Of a stretch of DNA of 37,100 bases, positions 26,285-36,792 are shown one piece after another. Source of the stretch: Campylobacterota bacterium (GTDB lineage: Bacteria > Campylobacterota > Campylobacteria > Campylobacterales > Sulfurovaceae); contig JAYEOM010000093.1 of the NCBI GenBank assembly GCA_034722955.1, positions 1 through 37,100 of the forward strand. Reading direction: 5' to 3'. The number at the start of each line of letters is the position of its first letter. Within the stretch, counting starts at the first letter, position 1. The translations under genes were made by a program, and so were the position numbers. The notes below the pieces were generated by a model, which made no database searches, was not told where the DNA came from, and was given only the letters and a program-made list of their open reading frames with translations.

Positions 26285-28402
26285 CTAAACCAGCATAAGT
26301 GTGATACGATAAGCGATAAAACTCAGTATCCAAGCGGTTGCTGTGGTCATCACAAAGAGATAGAGTAGATATCTCCATCCTCCTGCCTCCTTGGCGAAGA
26401 CCATAGATGCTGCTAGGCAAGGTAGATAGATCATAACGAAGACGATAAATGAGATCGCCGAAGCGAAAGGGATATTTGCTCTGATCTGCTCTATCAGCCC
26501 CTCACTCTCTTCATCGACTCCATCACCTAATGCATAGAGTATACCTAGTGTAGATACGACTACCTCTTTAGCTGCCAATCCTGTCTCAAGTGCAACACTC
26601 ATACGCCAGTCAAAGCCTAATGGAGCAAAGAGTGGTTCAGAGAGGTGTCCTATTTTTCCCAGATAGCTATTTTCTAAAAGCTCTAGTTGTAGTTGATTGT
26701 TTAGTCTGTTACTCTCTGTTTGGCTTGTTGATAACTCTATCTTGCTCTGATAACTCTCTTCGAGTTGGGGATATTTAGGGTAGTTGCTTGCAAACCAGAT
26801 CAGGATAGATGCGGCAAGGATAAAGGTTCCCGCTTTGCTTAGATAGCTTTTCGCTTGTCCATAGACAGTGTGCCAAATCAGCTTGAGTGATGGCATACGG
26901 TATTTTGGCATCTCCATTACGAATGGTTCATCATCACCTTTGAAGACGAAGATTTTGAGTACTTTGGCGGAGATGAGTCCCAGCATTGCACCTGATATAT
27001 AGATAAGAAAGAGAATATTTCCTGCACTCTCCTGAGAGAAGAAAGCACCGACAAAGAGGATATAGATAGGTAGTCTAGCACCGCAGCTCATAAATCCAAT
27101 GATGTAGAGTGTGATGAGCCTATCTTTTTCATTTTTGAGTGTTCGTGCTGCCATATAGGCGGGTACAGAGCAGCCAAAACCTGTCACTAGCGGTATGAAG
27201 CTTTTTCCATGCAGTCCAAACTTGTGGAAAAATCCATCAAGTAGAAATGCGACACGACTCATATATCCTGTTGTCTCCAGTAGAGCAATCCCTATAAAGA
27301 GTATGATGATATTGGGTAGGAACATCACAACCGCACCAACCCCAGAGATGATACCATCACCAACTAGTGATCCTAGCTCACCATCTCCTAGCACTGCTTT
27401 GGTCTGATCACTCATCCACCCGAATGCTGCATCTATATACTCCATAGGGAGTGCACCCAGTTCAAAAGTAAGCTGAAATAGTCCCCACATAAAAAAGAGA
27501 AAAAGTGGAATCCCCAGTATCTTATTGATCAGGAGATTATCTATCTTTTGAGTCATGCTTTTAGCACGCATTGATTTGACGGATATCACTTCCATCTTTG
27601 CCCCTTTGGCAAAGGCAAAATGTTCATCTGAGAATATATGATCAAGATCTTTGGTGCCATGGTGTTGATATATATGCTCTAGGGACTCTCTAAGTATAGG
27701 AAGTAGCTCTATCCATATCGGTTGATCATGTATCTTTTTGTAAGTCTTGGTATCCTCTTGTAGCAACTGTACGGCAAGTTGTCGGTATGGTATACAGTTG
27801 CGATACTTTTTCTCTTTAAAAAAGGTCGTTATCTCATCGATCTCCTCTTCGATGGGGTCACTATAGATGATTTTGGCACTGCTCTCTTTTTGCTTATAGG
27901 TGTCAATGATCGCTTTTTTGAAAGCTTTGGCTCCCTCCCCTGTGGATGCACTGGTTTTTACACATGTTACACCTAGAAGTTCAGAGAGCAGTTTTTCATC
28001 TATCTCTATCCCCTCCTTTTTAGCCTCATCTATCATATTGAGTGCTACAACAACTTTTTTACCTGTCTCCAATATCTGTGTAGTGAGAAGTAGGTTTCGC
28101 TGGAGGTTGGTAGCATCGACCACATTGATGATCACATCATACTCATCACTCTGCAGAAAGCTTTTGGTAACTTTCTCTTCGATCGTATACTCTGTTAGTG
28201 AGTAGGCTCCCGGAAGATCTATGATATGTACTTCATACTCTTTAGCTGTCTCTTCATCGGTTATGATAAATTCAATTTCAGTTTTGTCTACGGTGACACC
28301 CGTAAAATTTCCTACTCTGAGTTTAGCATCTGATATAGCGTTGATGAGGGAACTCTTTCCTACATTGGGCTGTCCAGCTAACGCAACTATGATTTTTTCC
28401 AA
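26285..28402 (-). CDS. feoB: Ferrous iron transporter B
   Basis: GQPNVGKS, VGNFTGVTVDK, DLPG.YSL, NMID, GFGCSVPA, SCGARLP and YLPC.A. TTG start. Confidence 0.97.
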   Translation of the reverse strand: MEKIIVALAGQPNVGKSSLINAISDAKLRVGNFTGVTVDKTEIEFIITDEETAKEYEVHIIDLPGAYSLTEYTIEEKVTKSFLQSDEYDVIINVVDATNLQRNLLLTTQILETGKKVVVALNMIDEAKKEGIEIDEKLLSELLGVTCVKTSASTGEGAKAFKKAIIDTYKQKESSAKIIYSDPIEEEIDEITTFFKEKKYRNCIPYRQLAVQLLQEDTKTYKKIHDQPIWIELLPILRESLEHIYQHHGTKDLDHIFSDEHFAFAKGAKMEVISVKSMRAKSMTQKIDNLLINKILGIPLFLFFMWGLFQLTFELGALPMEYIDAAFGWMSDQTKAVLGDGELGSLVGDGIISGVGAVVMFLPNIIILFIGIALLETTGYMSRVAFLLDGFFHKFGLHGKSFIPLVTGFGCSVPAYMAARTLKNEKDRLITLYIIGFMSCGARLPIYILFVGAFFSQESAGNILFLIYISGAMLGLISAKVLKIFVFKGDDEPFVMEMPKYRMPSLKLIWHTVYGQAKSYLSKAGTFILAASILIWFASNYPKYPQLEESYQSKIELSTSQTESNRLNNQLQLELLENSYLGKIGHLSEPLFAPLGFDWRMSVALETGLAAKEVVVSTLGILYALGDGVDEESEGLIEQIRANIPFASAISFIVFVMIYLPCLAASMVFAKEAGGWRYLLYLFVMTTATAWILSFIAYRITLMLV

Positions 28403-28422
28403 GTTAAACCTCTCTGTTTTAA

Positions 28423-28507
28423 TAATCTATTGATAGTCATTATCAATAGATTAGAGAAGTATTACAGAAGAAGGCTTAAATATTAATTAAAATGAGAATA
28501 GTTATCA
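28423..28507. promoter_or_regulatory. Two Fur-box-like operators upstream of feoB
   Basis: tgatagt-c-attatca (28431-28445) inside a perfect 13-5-13 palindrome (28423-28453), and tgagaat-a-gttatca (28493-28507). Consensus is TGATAAT-N-ATTATCA. Confidence 0.8.
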
Positions 28508-28597
28508 ATTTTGATTTTTTAGAAATAAAGAATTATAAGTTTGAGGATAAAACAGTGGTAATACCCTCATAAAAGTTATATCATAGAGATAGTTGAT

Positions 28598-28768
28598 CTA
28601 TATCTTTGCAACTTCACCTGTACCATGACATCGGTATCCTGATGGTGTTTTATCACTGCATTTTCCGGAACCATAGCATTTTTTACAATCCTCCCCACTG
28701 CTATCTTTTCCACTGCCTTCACACCATTTGCATTTTCCTGTTCCGCCACAACTTGGACACTTTTCCAT
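28598..28768 (-). CDS. 56-aa stand-alone DnaJ-type (CxxCxGxG) zinc-finger protein (not in ORF track)
   Basis: MEKCPSCGGTGKCKWCEGSGKDSSGEDCKKCYGSGKCSDKTPSGYRCHGTGEVAKI*. AAGGA RBS upstream. Confidence 0.85.
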   Translation of the reverse strand: MEKCPSCGGTGKCKWCEGSGKDSSGEDCKKCYGSGKCSDKTPSGYRCHGTGEVAKI

Positions 28769-28857
28769 TCTCTATCCTTTTTATATGTTATTTTTATAAT
28801 TATACTTATAAATAAATAAATAATCAATAGTTTTTAAATGAATCCACTAATATTTTT

Positions 28858-30795
28858 TTAAATTTTTTCTCTTTTGATCAACTCTGTTACACCTCTCCAG
28901 TCTGATTCGTGTCCAAAGCAGTTGCTTGTATTGCAGGTCATAAATCCACTATTGCTATCGACCTTTATGTAGCTAAATGGATAAGGGAGTCTGTCTCTGT
29001 CCGATATATGCTCTTTGAGTCTATCCTGGGTTGCTTTGATGATAATATCGTCATTTAGATATCTCATCACTATCTGGCTCATACGAGGTGTAGAGATGGG
29101 TTGGCGCATGGTATCATAGGAGTATACCTCTAGTGTCTTGAAGACAAATTTTTTGTAGACTGGATCAACGAGTGAGCTTATGGATAGGAGTGCAGAGAGC
29201 ATAGTAGCGATAGCAGATGGATATGAGCTATCATGGATAGATGCATCAGTTTCGAACTCTCCTATCGAAAATTTCCATTTGCCATGTCTGTAGTACTTTT
29301 CGATAGCACTATTGGCAAGTTTGACAGCTATGATGAGGTAGATCTCATCTAGTGTACTCTCATAAGCCTCTATCAGTGTATCACATAGATAGGCATAATC
29401 CTCAAGAAAAGCTTTGATCTTGGGACTCTTGCCGATGAGTGTAGTATGGTAAAGTTCTCCATCTTGATAGATCGTCTCCATCAAAGCATCTAGTGACTCT
29501 ATGGCAATCTGCTGATAGTGGCTATCTATACGACCGGCACAAAAGAGAGACTTGATCATCATAGCACTCCAAGATGTCTGTACCTTTTTATCTACAAATG
29601 GATAGGTGCGACTCTTTCTCTCACGGCGTAATGCATCTACAGCTTCTTGGTAGTAGGGTATATCCAGCTCTAGAGGATTTTCAACTCGTATGATGTTTTT
29701 GCCATTAAAGTTTCCCTGATGGGTAATGTGAAGTGCTTTAGCCAATGGATCATGAGCCTCCTTTGGGATATTGGCTTTAGCAAAAGAGTTGAGGGCTTCT
29801 TGATAACTATAGACAAAATATCTCCCCTCCTCCTCTTGGGTATCTGCATCGCTTGCTGAGTAGTAGAGCCTATCCTCGGACATCTTCTCTAGCATAAAAT
29901 CGATAGTCTCAAGTGCGATATCACGATAAAAAGGCTGCTCTGTTATGGTATATGCTTTGAGGAGAAGTTCACTCAGCAGAGCGTTGTCATAAGTCATCTT
30001 CTCAAAGTGTGGGATTAGCCAAGTACTCTCTGTGCTATAACGGCAAAAACCGCCATCTACACGGTCATACAAGCCACCTCTGCACATAGAGACAAGAGTA
30101 TCTAGAGCCATAGAGAGTGTTTTTTTGTCTCCCCTGAGCAGGTAAATGTCCAGCAGGAGATCGATTGTTGATACTTGCGGGAACTTTGGTGCAGTATTGA
30201 ATCCTCCATCCTTTTGGTCAAAAAGCTGTTGTGCCTGCTCCTCAAAACGAGTCATGATAGATATGTCGAGTTTTGTTGCTTGAATTTTTTTCTTCTCTGG
30301 ATTGACAAATCTGAGAATCTCATCAGCTTTTTGGGTTAGGAGTTTTTTATCACTCTGGTATTTGGTGTGGATGGTTTGCAGCAGTTGGTCAAATGCCATC
30401 ATACCATATCTTGGTTTGGGCGGGATATAAGTAGCTGAATAGAATGGTTTTAGTCCATCTGTGAGAAAGAGAGAGGTGGGCCATCCTCCGGGGCGACCAT
30501 TCATGAGTTGATAGACATCCTGAAAGTGTTTGTCTATATCGGGTCTCTCCTCTCTATCAACCTTTATTGAGATAAAGTGTTCATTTAAGAGTTTAGCAAT
30601 GCTCTCATCCTGGAAAGATTCTCGCTCCATCACATGACACCAGTGACAACTACTGTATCCGATAGAGAGAAAGATAGGTTTCTGCTCATTTTTGGCTTTT
30701 GTGAAAGCATCATCACCCCAGGGATACCAATCGACAGGGTTGTGGGCATGCTGCTGGAGGTAGGGAGAGTACTCATTTTGCAAATGGTTTGCCAT
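28858..30795 (-). CDS. Thioredoxin-domain protein, YyaL/SPATA20 (DUF255) family
   Basis: [56 protein letters not shown] and LEDYA. Confidence 0.93.
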   Translation of the reverse strand: MANHLQNEYSPYLQQHAHNPVDWYPWGDDAFTKAKNEQKPIFLSIGYSSCHWCHVMERESFQDESIAKLLNEHFISIKVDREERPDIDKHFQDVYQLMNGRPGGWPTSLFLTDGLKPFYSATYIPPKPRYGMMAFDQLLQTIHTKYQSDKKLLTQKADEILRFVNPEKKKIQATKLDISIMTRFEEQAQQLFDQKDGGFNTAPKFPQVSTIDLLLDIYLLRGDKKTLSMALDTLVSMCRGGLYDRVDGGFCRYSTESTWLIPHFEKMTYDNALLSELLLKAYTITEQPFYRDIALETIDFMLEKMSEDRLYYSASDADTQEEEGRYFVYSYQEALNSFAKANIPKEAHDPLAKALHITHQGNFNGKNIIRVENPLELDIPYYQEAVDALRRERKSRTYPFVDKKVQTSWSAMMIKSLFCAGRIDSHYQQIAIESLDALMETIYQDGELYHTTLIGKSPKIKAFLEDYAYLCDTLIEAYESTLDEIYLIIAVKLANSAIEKYYRHGKWKFSIGEFETDASIHDSSYPSAIATMLSALLSISSLVDPVYKKFVFKTLEVYSYDTMRQPISTPRMSQIVMRYLNDDIIIKATQDRLKEHISDRDRLPYPFSYIKVDSNSGFMTCNTSNCFGHESDWRGVTELIKREKI

Positions 30796-30922
30796 TTTTT
30801 ACCTTTTATATGATTAATGTTAATATTTGATTTACAATAATTCGTTATAGTACGAAATTACAGAGAGTGTACACACTACTTTATTATAATTCATTTAAAT
30901 TAGGATTAAGGATTCAAACAAC

Positions 30923-32755
30923 ATGACCAATATGATCAAAATTATACTTCTTATGACAACTTTTCTTTTTGGTGCAGGGTTTGAGTCTGCAATAAAGAAA
31001 CAGACTTTCCTGAAGCCTGAAGAGGCATTTCAAGTATCTTCAGTGAAAAAAGAGACTCTTATCGAAACAACGATCAAATTGGGTGACAAGATCCATATAT
31101 ATGAGGATTCACTCCATTTTTATATAACAAAACCTGAAAAATTTGAACTCAAATCACTAGAGAAGCCTGTCGCACATGAGATAGATGGTGATATGGTTTA
31201 TGAGGGTGAAGTGGTTGTCAAGATAGCTCTAAAGGATATCCAATCTAGAGTGCAGGGGGACTATACGCTCACTGTAGAGTTTGAGGGGTGTTCTGATACG
31301 GGGATATGTTATCAGCCTCAGAAGAGAAGTTTTGACTTTGGCAGATCAGGTGCTGCTGCAACAGTAACTGCTGACTCTAACTTGCAAACTTCTATCGACG
31401 GGGGCGAAGAGCAGAGCCTCTTTGCGAAGATAGGCAGATTGACAGAGGAGGGAAATAGTGCCAAGATTGCTGATGTTCTAGGGAGTGAAAGTTCTATATT
31501 TGTCATTTTGCTCTTTTTTATCTTTGGGTTACTGCTCTCCCTGACACCTTGTATCTTCCCTATGATACCAATACTCTCATCGATCATTGTCTCTCAATCA
31601 AGTGATGGCAAGAGCAGTACAGGTCAAGCGTTTTTTACCTCTCTAGTCTATGTACTATCTATGGCAGTTACCTACACCATAGTAGGTTTGATCGCAGGAC
31701 TGCTGGGTGCAGATATACAGACAGCTATGCAAAATCCATGGGTTTTGACGATATTTGCTGCGATGTTTGTGGCGTTGGCATTTTCACTCTTTGGGTATTA
31801 TGAGATAGGGCTGCCTCAGTCGATACAGAGCAAGCTTACCAAAGTCAGTGATGATGCACAGAGCAAAGGTATCATCGGTACTGCGATCATGGGGTTTCTC
31901 TCTGCTCTGATCGTAGGTCCTTGTGTAGCGCCGCCTCTAGGTGGTGCTATCCTCTTCATATCTCATACCGGTGATGCTCTCTTGGGCGGTATGGCACTCT
32001 TTGTGATGAGCATGGGTATGGGTATGCCTCTGCTTTTAGTGGGTATAGGTGCAGGGAAATTTATGCCAAAACCAGGTGGTTGGATGAGCAAAGTTTCTCA
32101 AGTCTTTGGTATTATGATGCTTGGACTGGCTATATTTATGCTAGCACGCATACTTCCCGATAGTATCACACTGATTCTCTGGGGGATGCTCGCTATAGGT
32201 ACTGCTCTCTATATGGGTCTGCTCAATGGAGAGGATCCATCTACTATCAATGGTTACTTGAGCAAACTATTTGCTATACTGTTTCTAGTCTATGGGGTAA
32301 CACTTTTTATCGGTGGTATCAGTGGCTCAAGCTCAATCTTTAGACCGCTTGCTAAATTTACATCTGCCAATGGGGTGATAGTCAACGAGATAGTGGAGAG
32401 TGTGAGCAAAAGCCACAGGGGCTATAGTGTAGAGAGATTGATCTCTGAGGTAGAGGCTTCCAAGAAGCCTGTAGTTGTAGATTTTGGCAAAGAGTCATGT
32501 GTAGCCTGTACAGAGCTTGAGGAGATAACTTTTCCCAATCCACTCGTACAAAAAGAGCTGAAGAGGTTTACCTTTATCAAGATCGACTTAACAGACAATA
32601 GCGAAGATGATAGAGCAATTCTCAAAAAGTTTGAACTCTTTGGAACACCAAATATCATCTTTTTTGATAGTAAAGATAACTATTTGGCAGAGAAGACATT
32701 GACAGGTTTTATCAAACCAACAGTTTTTGCTGGACATCTCAAAGGAATTAAATGA
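30923..32755 (+). CDS. dsbD: Thiol:disulfide interchange protein DsbD
   Basis: alpha domain GC...GICYQP, TM domain LTPCIFPM and GPCVAPPL, gamma domain CVAC. Confidence 0.95.
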   Translation: MTNMIKIILLMTTFLFGAGFESAIKKQTFLKPEEAFQVSSVKKETLIETTIKLGDKIHIYEDSLHFYITKPEKFELKSLEKPVAHEIDGDMVYEGEVVVKIALKDIQSRVQGDYTLTVEFEGCSDTGICYQPQKRSFDFGRSGAAATVTADSNLQTSIDGGEEQSLFAKIGRLTEEGNSAKIADVLGSESSIFVILLFFIFGLLLSLTPCIFPMIPILSSIIVSQSSDGKSSTGQAFFTSLVYVLSMAVTYTIVGLIAGLLGADIQTAMQNPWVLTIFAAMFVALAFSLFGYYEIGLPQSIQSKLTKVSDDAQSKGIIGTAIMGFLSALIVGPCVAPPLGGAILFISHTGDALLGGMALFVMSMGMGMPLLLVGIGAGKFMPKPGGWMSKVSQVFGIMMLGLAIFMLARILPDSITLILWGMLAIGTALYMGLLNGEDPSTINGYLSKLFAILFLVYGVTLFIGGISGSSSIFRPLAKFTSANGVIVNEIVESVSKSHRGYSVERLISEVEASKKPVVVDFGKESCVACTELEEITFPNPLVQKELKRFTFIKIDLTDNSEDDRAILKKFELFGTPNIIFFDSKDNYLAEKTLTGFIKPTVFAGHLKGIK

Positions 32756-33615
32756 GTGAAAAGATCAAAAACTTGATGATAGAGATCGGCAAGATCAATA
32801 CCCTAGAGGTGATGCGTGACACTGAACCGGGTCTATATCTGCAAGCCAAAGATGACTCAGAAGTTTTACTGCCCAATGCTTATGTAGTAGAGGAGGAGAT
32901 GCCCATAGGTTCCCTGATCGATGTCTTTGTCTATACAGATTCGGAGGATCGTCCGGTAGCCACTACGAAGATGCCCTATGCCAAGCTGGGAGAGTATGGA
33001 TATTTTACAGTAGTCGATTACAAATCTTATGGAGCCTTTGTCAACTGGGGCTTGCCAAAAGACCTCTTTGTCCCTCTATCTCAGCAAAAAGAGTATTTTA
33101 CTATCGGCAAAAAGTATATTCTTCGTGTCTCTCTTGATGAGCAGACAGATAGACTCTATGCTACACAGAAGATAGGGAAATACTTCTCTCGTGATACGAA
33201 AGGATTGCACCCCAACAGAGAGATGGAGTTGTTGGTCATCGCCAAAACACCGCTAGGCTATAAAGTTATCGCAGATAGTCTATATGAGGGCATGCTTTTT
33301 GAAAATGAGATCTTTGAAGAGATCAAAAAGGGAGATCGAAAAAGAGGATATATCAAAACTGTTCGAGAGGATGGAAAGCTTGATCTATCTCTGCAACCCA
33401 TAGGCAAAAAAGCCAATAGCAAAGATGCACAATCAACACTACTGAAGAGAGTAGAGGAGAGTGGCGGGGAGATGGCTTTTACCTACAAGAGTGATGCCCA
33501 AGAGATCAAGAGAGCTTTTGGTCTCAGCAAGAAAAATTTCAAACGAGCATTGACAGGATTGATAGAGGCAGAGAAGATAGAGCTTTTAGAGGGTTCGATT
33601 CGGTTATTACGGTAA
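32752..33615 (+). CDS. cvfB: CvfB/YitL-like S1 RNA-binding protein
   Basis: VFVYTDSEDR.VAT, GAFV.WGL.KDL.VP, REDGKLDLSL and FGLSKKNFKRAL..L. Confidence 0.88.
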   Translation: MSEKIKNLMIEIGKINTLEVMRDTEPGLYLQAKDDSEVLLPNAYVVEEEMPIGSLIDVFVYTDSEDRPVATTKMPYAKLGEYGYFTVVDYKSYGAFVNWGLPKDLFVPLSQQKEYFTIGKKYILRVSLDEQTDRLYATQKIGKYFSRDTKGLHPNREMELLVIAKTPLGYKVIADSLYEGMLFENEIFEEIKKGDRKRGYIKTVREDGKLDLSLQPIGKKANSKDAQSTLLKRVEESGGEMAFTYKSDAQEIKRAFGLSKKNFKRALTGLIEAEKIELLEGSIRLLR

Positions 33616-33617
33616 TA

Positions 33618-33645
33618 AACCCGAAATATGCAATAGGGGGTGCTA
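33618..33645 (+). repeat. Solo arm of the 35797-35859 palindromic element
   Basis: aacccgaaatatgcaata (33618-33635) is the exact reverse complement of 35840-35857. Confidence 0.7.
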
Positions 33646-33718
33646 TGAATATGTTGGGAAAAATATTCCGCTGAGGAGGTGTAGATTTGCTGTTTTGAAC
33701 TATCTTAGAGTATCTGAA

Positions 33719-35275
33719 ATGTTGAGACTACTGATACTCTTGTTACTCTCTCTATCATCTATATTGCTGGCTACTGAGCTAAAGATCGCTAGTTATAATG
33801 TAGAGAATCTATTTGATGATGTAAGAGATGGCAGTGAGTATGATGAGTATGTACCTGGCAAACACAACTGGACAGCACGAATGGTTGAGATCAAGCTCAA
33901 CCATACAGCTGAGGTATTGTGTGAGCTTGATGCTGATATCGTGGGGTTGCAAGAGATAGAAAATGAAGCGATCTTAGACCGTTTGCAAAAACGCCTCAAG
34001 CGTGTCGGTTGCCCTTATAGATATAGTGCCATAACCCACAAGAAATCTGCAAATATTCATGTCGCACTACTCTCACGATATCCTATCATAGCCAAACGAG
34101 ATATTCGTGTGAACTACTCAGATAGAGATCGTGATATATTAGAAGCGACAGTCAAAATCGATAACTATCCTCTGACACTCTTTGTAAACCACTGGAAAGC
34201 AAAGTCTAGAGGAGGGAAAGAGAGTCGTCGTATTGTATATGCGAAGGCTTTAGCAGAGAGGATCAACACTCTTTCTAAAGAGAGAGAGTATATTATACTT
34301 GGAGACCTGAATTGCCACTATGATGAGTATCGTGTGATCAACAGATCTTTTGATGATAGTCATGGCAAGACAGGAATCAACCATATACTCAAGAGCATCA
34401 AAGGCAGTGATATGCTTCTGGAAGAGGATATCTCTCTAGAGCGAGAGGGGCACTATAACCTCTGGATGGAGTCTGCACCTGCCAAACGATGGAGCCATAA
34501 ATATTATGGGCATAAGGGGGCGATTGATCACATCATGGTTCCCTACAAACTTTTTGATGGGAGAGGGATCGACTATGTCAACAACTCTTTTGCTGTATTT
34601 AAAGCTCCATTTCTCTTTACTTCAAAAGGGTGGATCAATACTTGGGATTATAGCCATGGCAAACATAAAGGTAAGGGCTACTCTGATCATCTTCCTATCT
34701 TTGCCTACTTTAGTACAGACCCCTACCGTATAGAGAAGAGAAAACCAGCATCAACCAAACAGATAGAGGATCTCTATAGAGTTGAGGTATTGGATCAGCC
34801 CATCAAACTAAAGGGGTGCCATGTGATCCTCAAACGAGGTGATGATGCTATCATCAAGCAGTCTGCACAAGGCATGGCTATCTATCTATATGGAGCTGCT
34901 AGAGCATTGGAAGAGGGTGAGTGTTATGATCTTGTTGTTAGTGAAATCAGCAACTATAAAGGTCTCAAAGAGATCACTAGGATCGACTATATCCAAAAAC
35001 AGAAGAGTGTAGATCTGCAGAGATATTATCTATCACAAAATGCACTAAAAAGTAAAGATCCCACACTCCAAAATCAGATATTTGTCAACCTCACAGGTAT
35101 CTATCGCAATGAACACTTGGAGATTGATGGCAAAAAGATAGCGATCTATTTCAAAAAAAAGAGATATATACCAAAAGAGGGTAGCAGACTCAAGATAGTT
35201 TATGCCCATCTGGGGTATTATCGCAAACCGCAATTGGTTATTTATAATCAAAAAGATTTTATTGAGGAGGGGTAA
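33719..35275 (+). CDS. Secreted endonuclease/exonuclease/phosphatase (EEP) family nuclease
   Basis: Signal peptide from ATG 33719 (ORF track start 33695). SYNVENLFD, GLQEIEN, VNHWK, LGDLN, IDHI and GYSDHLP, plus an extra C-terminal domain. Confidence 0.88.
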   Translation: MLRLLILLLLSLSSILLATELKIASYNVENLFDDVRDGSEYDEYVPGKHNWTARMVEIKLNHTAEVLCELDADIVGLQEIENEAILDRLQKRLKRVGCPYRYSAITHKKSANIHVALLSRYPIIAKRDIRVNYSDRDRDILEATVKIDNYPLTLFVNHWKAKSRGGKESRRIVYAKALAERINTLSKEREYIILGDLNCHYDEYRVINRSFDDSHGKTGINHILKSIKGSDMLLEEDISLEREGHYNLWMESAPAKRWSHKYYGHKGAIDHIMVPYKLFDGRGIDYVNNSFAVFKAPFLFTSKGWINTWDYSHGKHKGKGYSDHLPIFAYFSTDPYRIEKRKPASTKQIEDLYRVEVLDQPIKLKGCHVILKRGDDAIIKQSAQGMAIYLYGAARALEEGECYDLVVSEISNYKGLKEITRIDYIQKQKSVDLQRYYLSQNALKSKDPTLQNQIFVNLTGIYRNEHLEIDGKKIAIYFKKKRYIPKEGSRLKIVYAHLGYYRKPQLVIYNQKDFIEEG

Positions 35276-35709
35276 TGGCATATTACAGTTGGATATTGGC
35301 ATTTCATGTTATGAGTTTTATGAGTTGGATGGCGATGCTGTTTTATCAACCTAGACTCTATGTCTATCATAGAGAACATGCAGATAATGCTGATTTTGTC
35401 AAAGTGATAAAGATACAGGAGTATAAACTCTATACATATATTGGTCTGCCTGCGATGTGGGCGACGATCTTGAGTGGTGGATGGATGATGTATCTAGTGC
35501 CAAGTCTACTACAGGGTAGTTATTGGCTCTCTATCAAACTGCTCTTTGCTGCATTGATGATCGCCTATAGCTACTCACTGGAGAGTATACGGCGTAAGTT
35601 AGCAGATGATCCCTACTATAAGAGCGGTAAATTTTTTAGATTTTACAATGAAGTACCTACGCTATTGATGATTGTTATTGTCATTATGGTTGTAGTTAAA
35701 CCTATTTAG
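35275..35709 (+). CDS. hemJ: Protoporphyrinogen oxidase HemJ (UPF0093/CopD-like)
   Basis: W..AFH.....WMA.LFY.PRL.VYH, W...KL and FR.YNE.PT..MI.IV...VVKP. Confidence 0.88.
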   Translation: MAYYSWILAFHVMSFMSWMAMLFYQPRLYVYHREHADNADFVKVIKIQEYKLYTYIGLPAMWATILSGGWMMYLVPSLLQGSYWLSIKLLFAALMIAYSYSLESIRRKLADDPYYKSGKFFRFYNEVPTLLMIVIVIMVVVKPI

Positions 35710-35796
35710 TGTATCTTGTAGAATCAATTGTAAAATATAAGTAGTTAGAGTATTTTTATTGATAACTTTTTAATGGTAGTGTGTTATAATCTTAAA

Positions 35797-35859
35797 TTAA
35801 ATCCGAAATATCCAATAGGAGTGCTAGTTTAGTAATCTATATTGCATATTTCGGGTTAA
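35797..35859. repeat. About 60-bp palindromic miniature element flanked by TTAA, just after a -10 box
   Basis: ccgaaatatccaatag ... ctatattgcatatttcgg. TGtTATAAT at 35782-35790. Confidence 0.65.
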
Positions 35860-35900
35860 AGGTATACGCTGCCTAAATCATAAAAACCCAAGGAGAAAAA

Positions 35901-36743
35901 GTGCAACTTCCAGATATCTCAATACCAAAGGCTGTCATAGACAGTATACCGATGGAGTTAGTCCCAGCTTTAATACACCCGCCATTAGTACATTTTGCTA
36001 TAGTATTGCCTATTATTATAGTATTGCTTGAAATTGTCAATATTATCGTCAAGAGAGGTGAAACTCCTGAAGAGCCTAAAGGCAGAGGTGTAAGTACGCT
36101 CTCCTTTTTACTAATAGTCGCGATGGTTGTTATCTTTGCTGCTGCTTATATATCTGGTTCTGTAGATGGAAAAGCTGCTTGGGATACACTAGGTGATGCA
36201 GGTCAAGCAGAGCTAAAAGAGCATAAGCTACTGGGTATATACCTTGTATATGGTTCACTTGCACTGTTTCTCTTCAAGATTATTTCATTTTCAGGCGGAA
36301 AAGCAAGACTCCTATTTTTGATCTTGGCGATCGTTTTTGCAGCAGCAACAATCAATCAAGGTAAAGATGGTGGAGAGTTAGTCTATGAGCATGGTGCAAA
36401 TGTTGCAAAAGTCAAGGTACTAGATGATAAGGTGTTTGATCTGGAAGAGGAGATCGACTCTCTCAAGGAGGAGCTTGCCAAAGAGGAGCCTGTGATGAAA
36501 GATAGTGTCGCCACTAAAGAGGCAAAAGCTATAGCCAACCCAGAGCCCGTAGCCGGTGAAGCTGAAGCGAAAGCTAAAGTAGAAGAGAGTGAATCTAAAG
36601 ATCAGTTTGAAGCAAAAGAGGCAAGCGAAAGCTTCAAGGCAGAAGATGCAGCTGATGAGCAGAAGGTAGCTACAGAAGCTGAAGTTCAGACGATAGAGAC
36701 AGAAGATAAAACTACTCCCGTAGAGTCAAACCAAACAGACTAA
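35901..36743 (+). CDS. DUF2231-family membrane protein with a long acidic tail
   Basis: HP.LVHF.I.LP, L.EH..LG and G..GGELVY.HG, with four TM helices. GTG start and AAGGAG RBS. Confidence 0.8.
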   Translation: MQLPDISIPKAVIDSIPMELVPALIHPPLVHFAIVLPIIIVLLEIVNIIVKRGETPEEPKGRGVSTLSFLLIVAMVVIFAAAYISGSVDGKAAWDTLGDAGQAELKEHKLLGIYLVYGSLALFLFKIISFSGGKARLLFLILAIVFAAATINQGKDGGELVYEHGANVAKVKVLDDKVFDLEEEIDSLKEELAKEEPVMKDSVATKEAKAIANPEPVAGEAEAKAKVEESESKDQFEAKEASESFKAEDAADEQKVATEAEVQTIETEDKTTPVESNQTD

Positions 36744-36792
36744 TAGATCAACTCCTAATCTTAAAACGATCGATGCGTCTCTCCTTGCAGAG

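Noticed and set aside
25866..26420. Small overlapping ORFs around feoA
   Set aside because: Shadows of the porin, feoA and feoB.
28576..28827. 83-aa (-) and 69-aa (+) ORF-track calls
   Set aside because: Alternative frames over the 56-aa zinc-finger ORF, which has the RBS and motifs.
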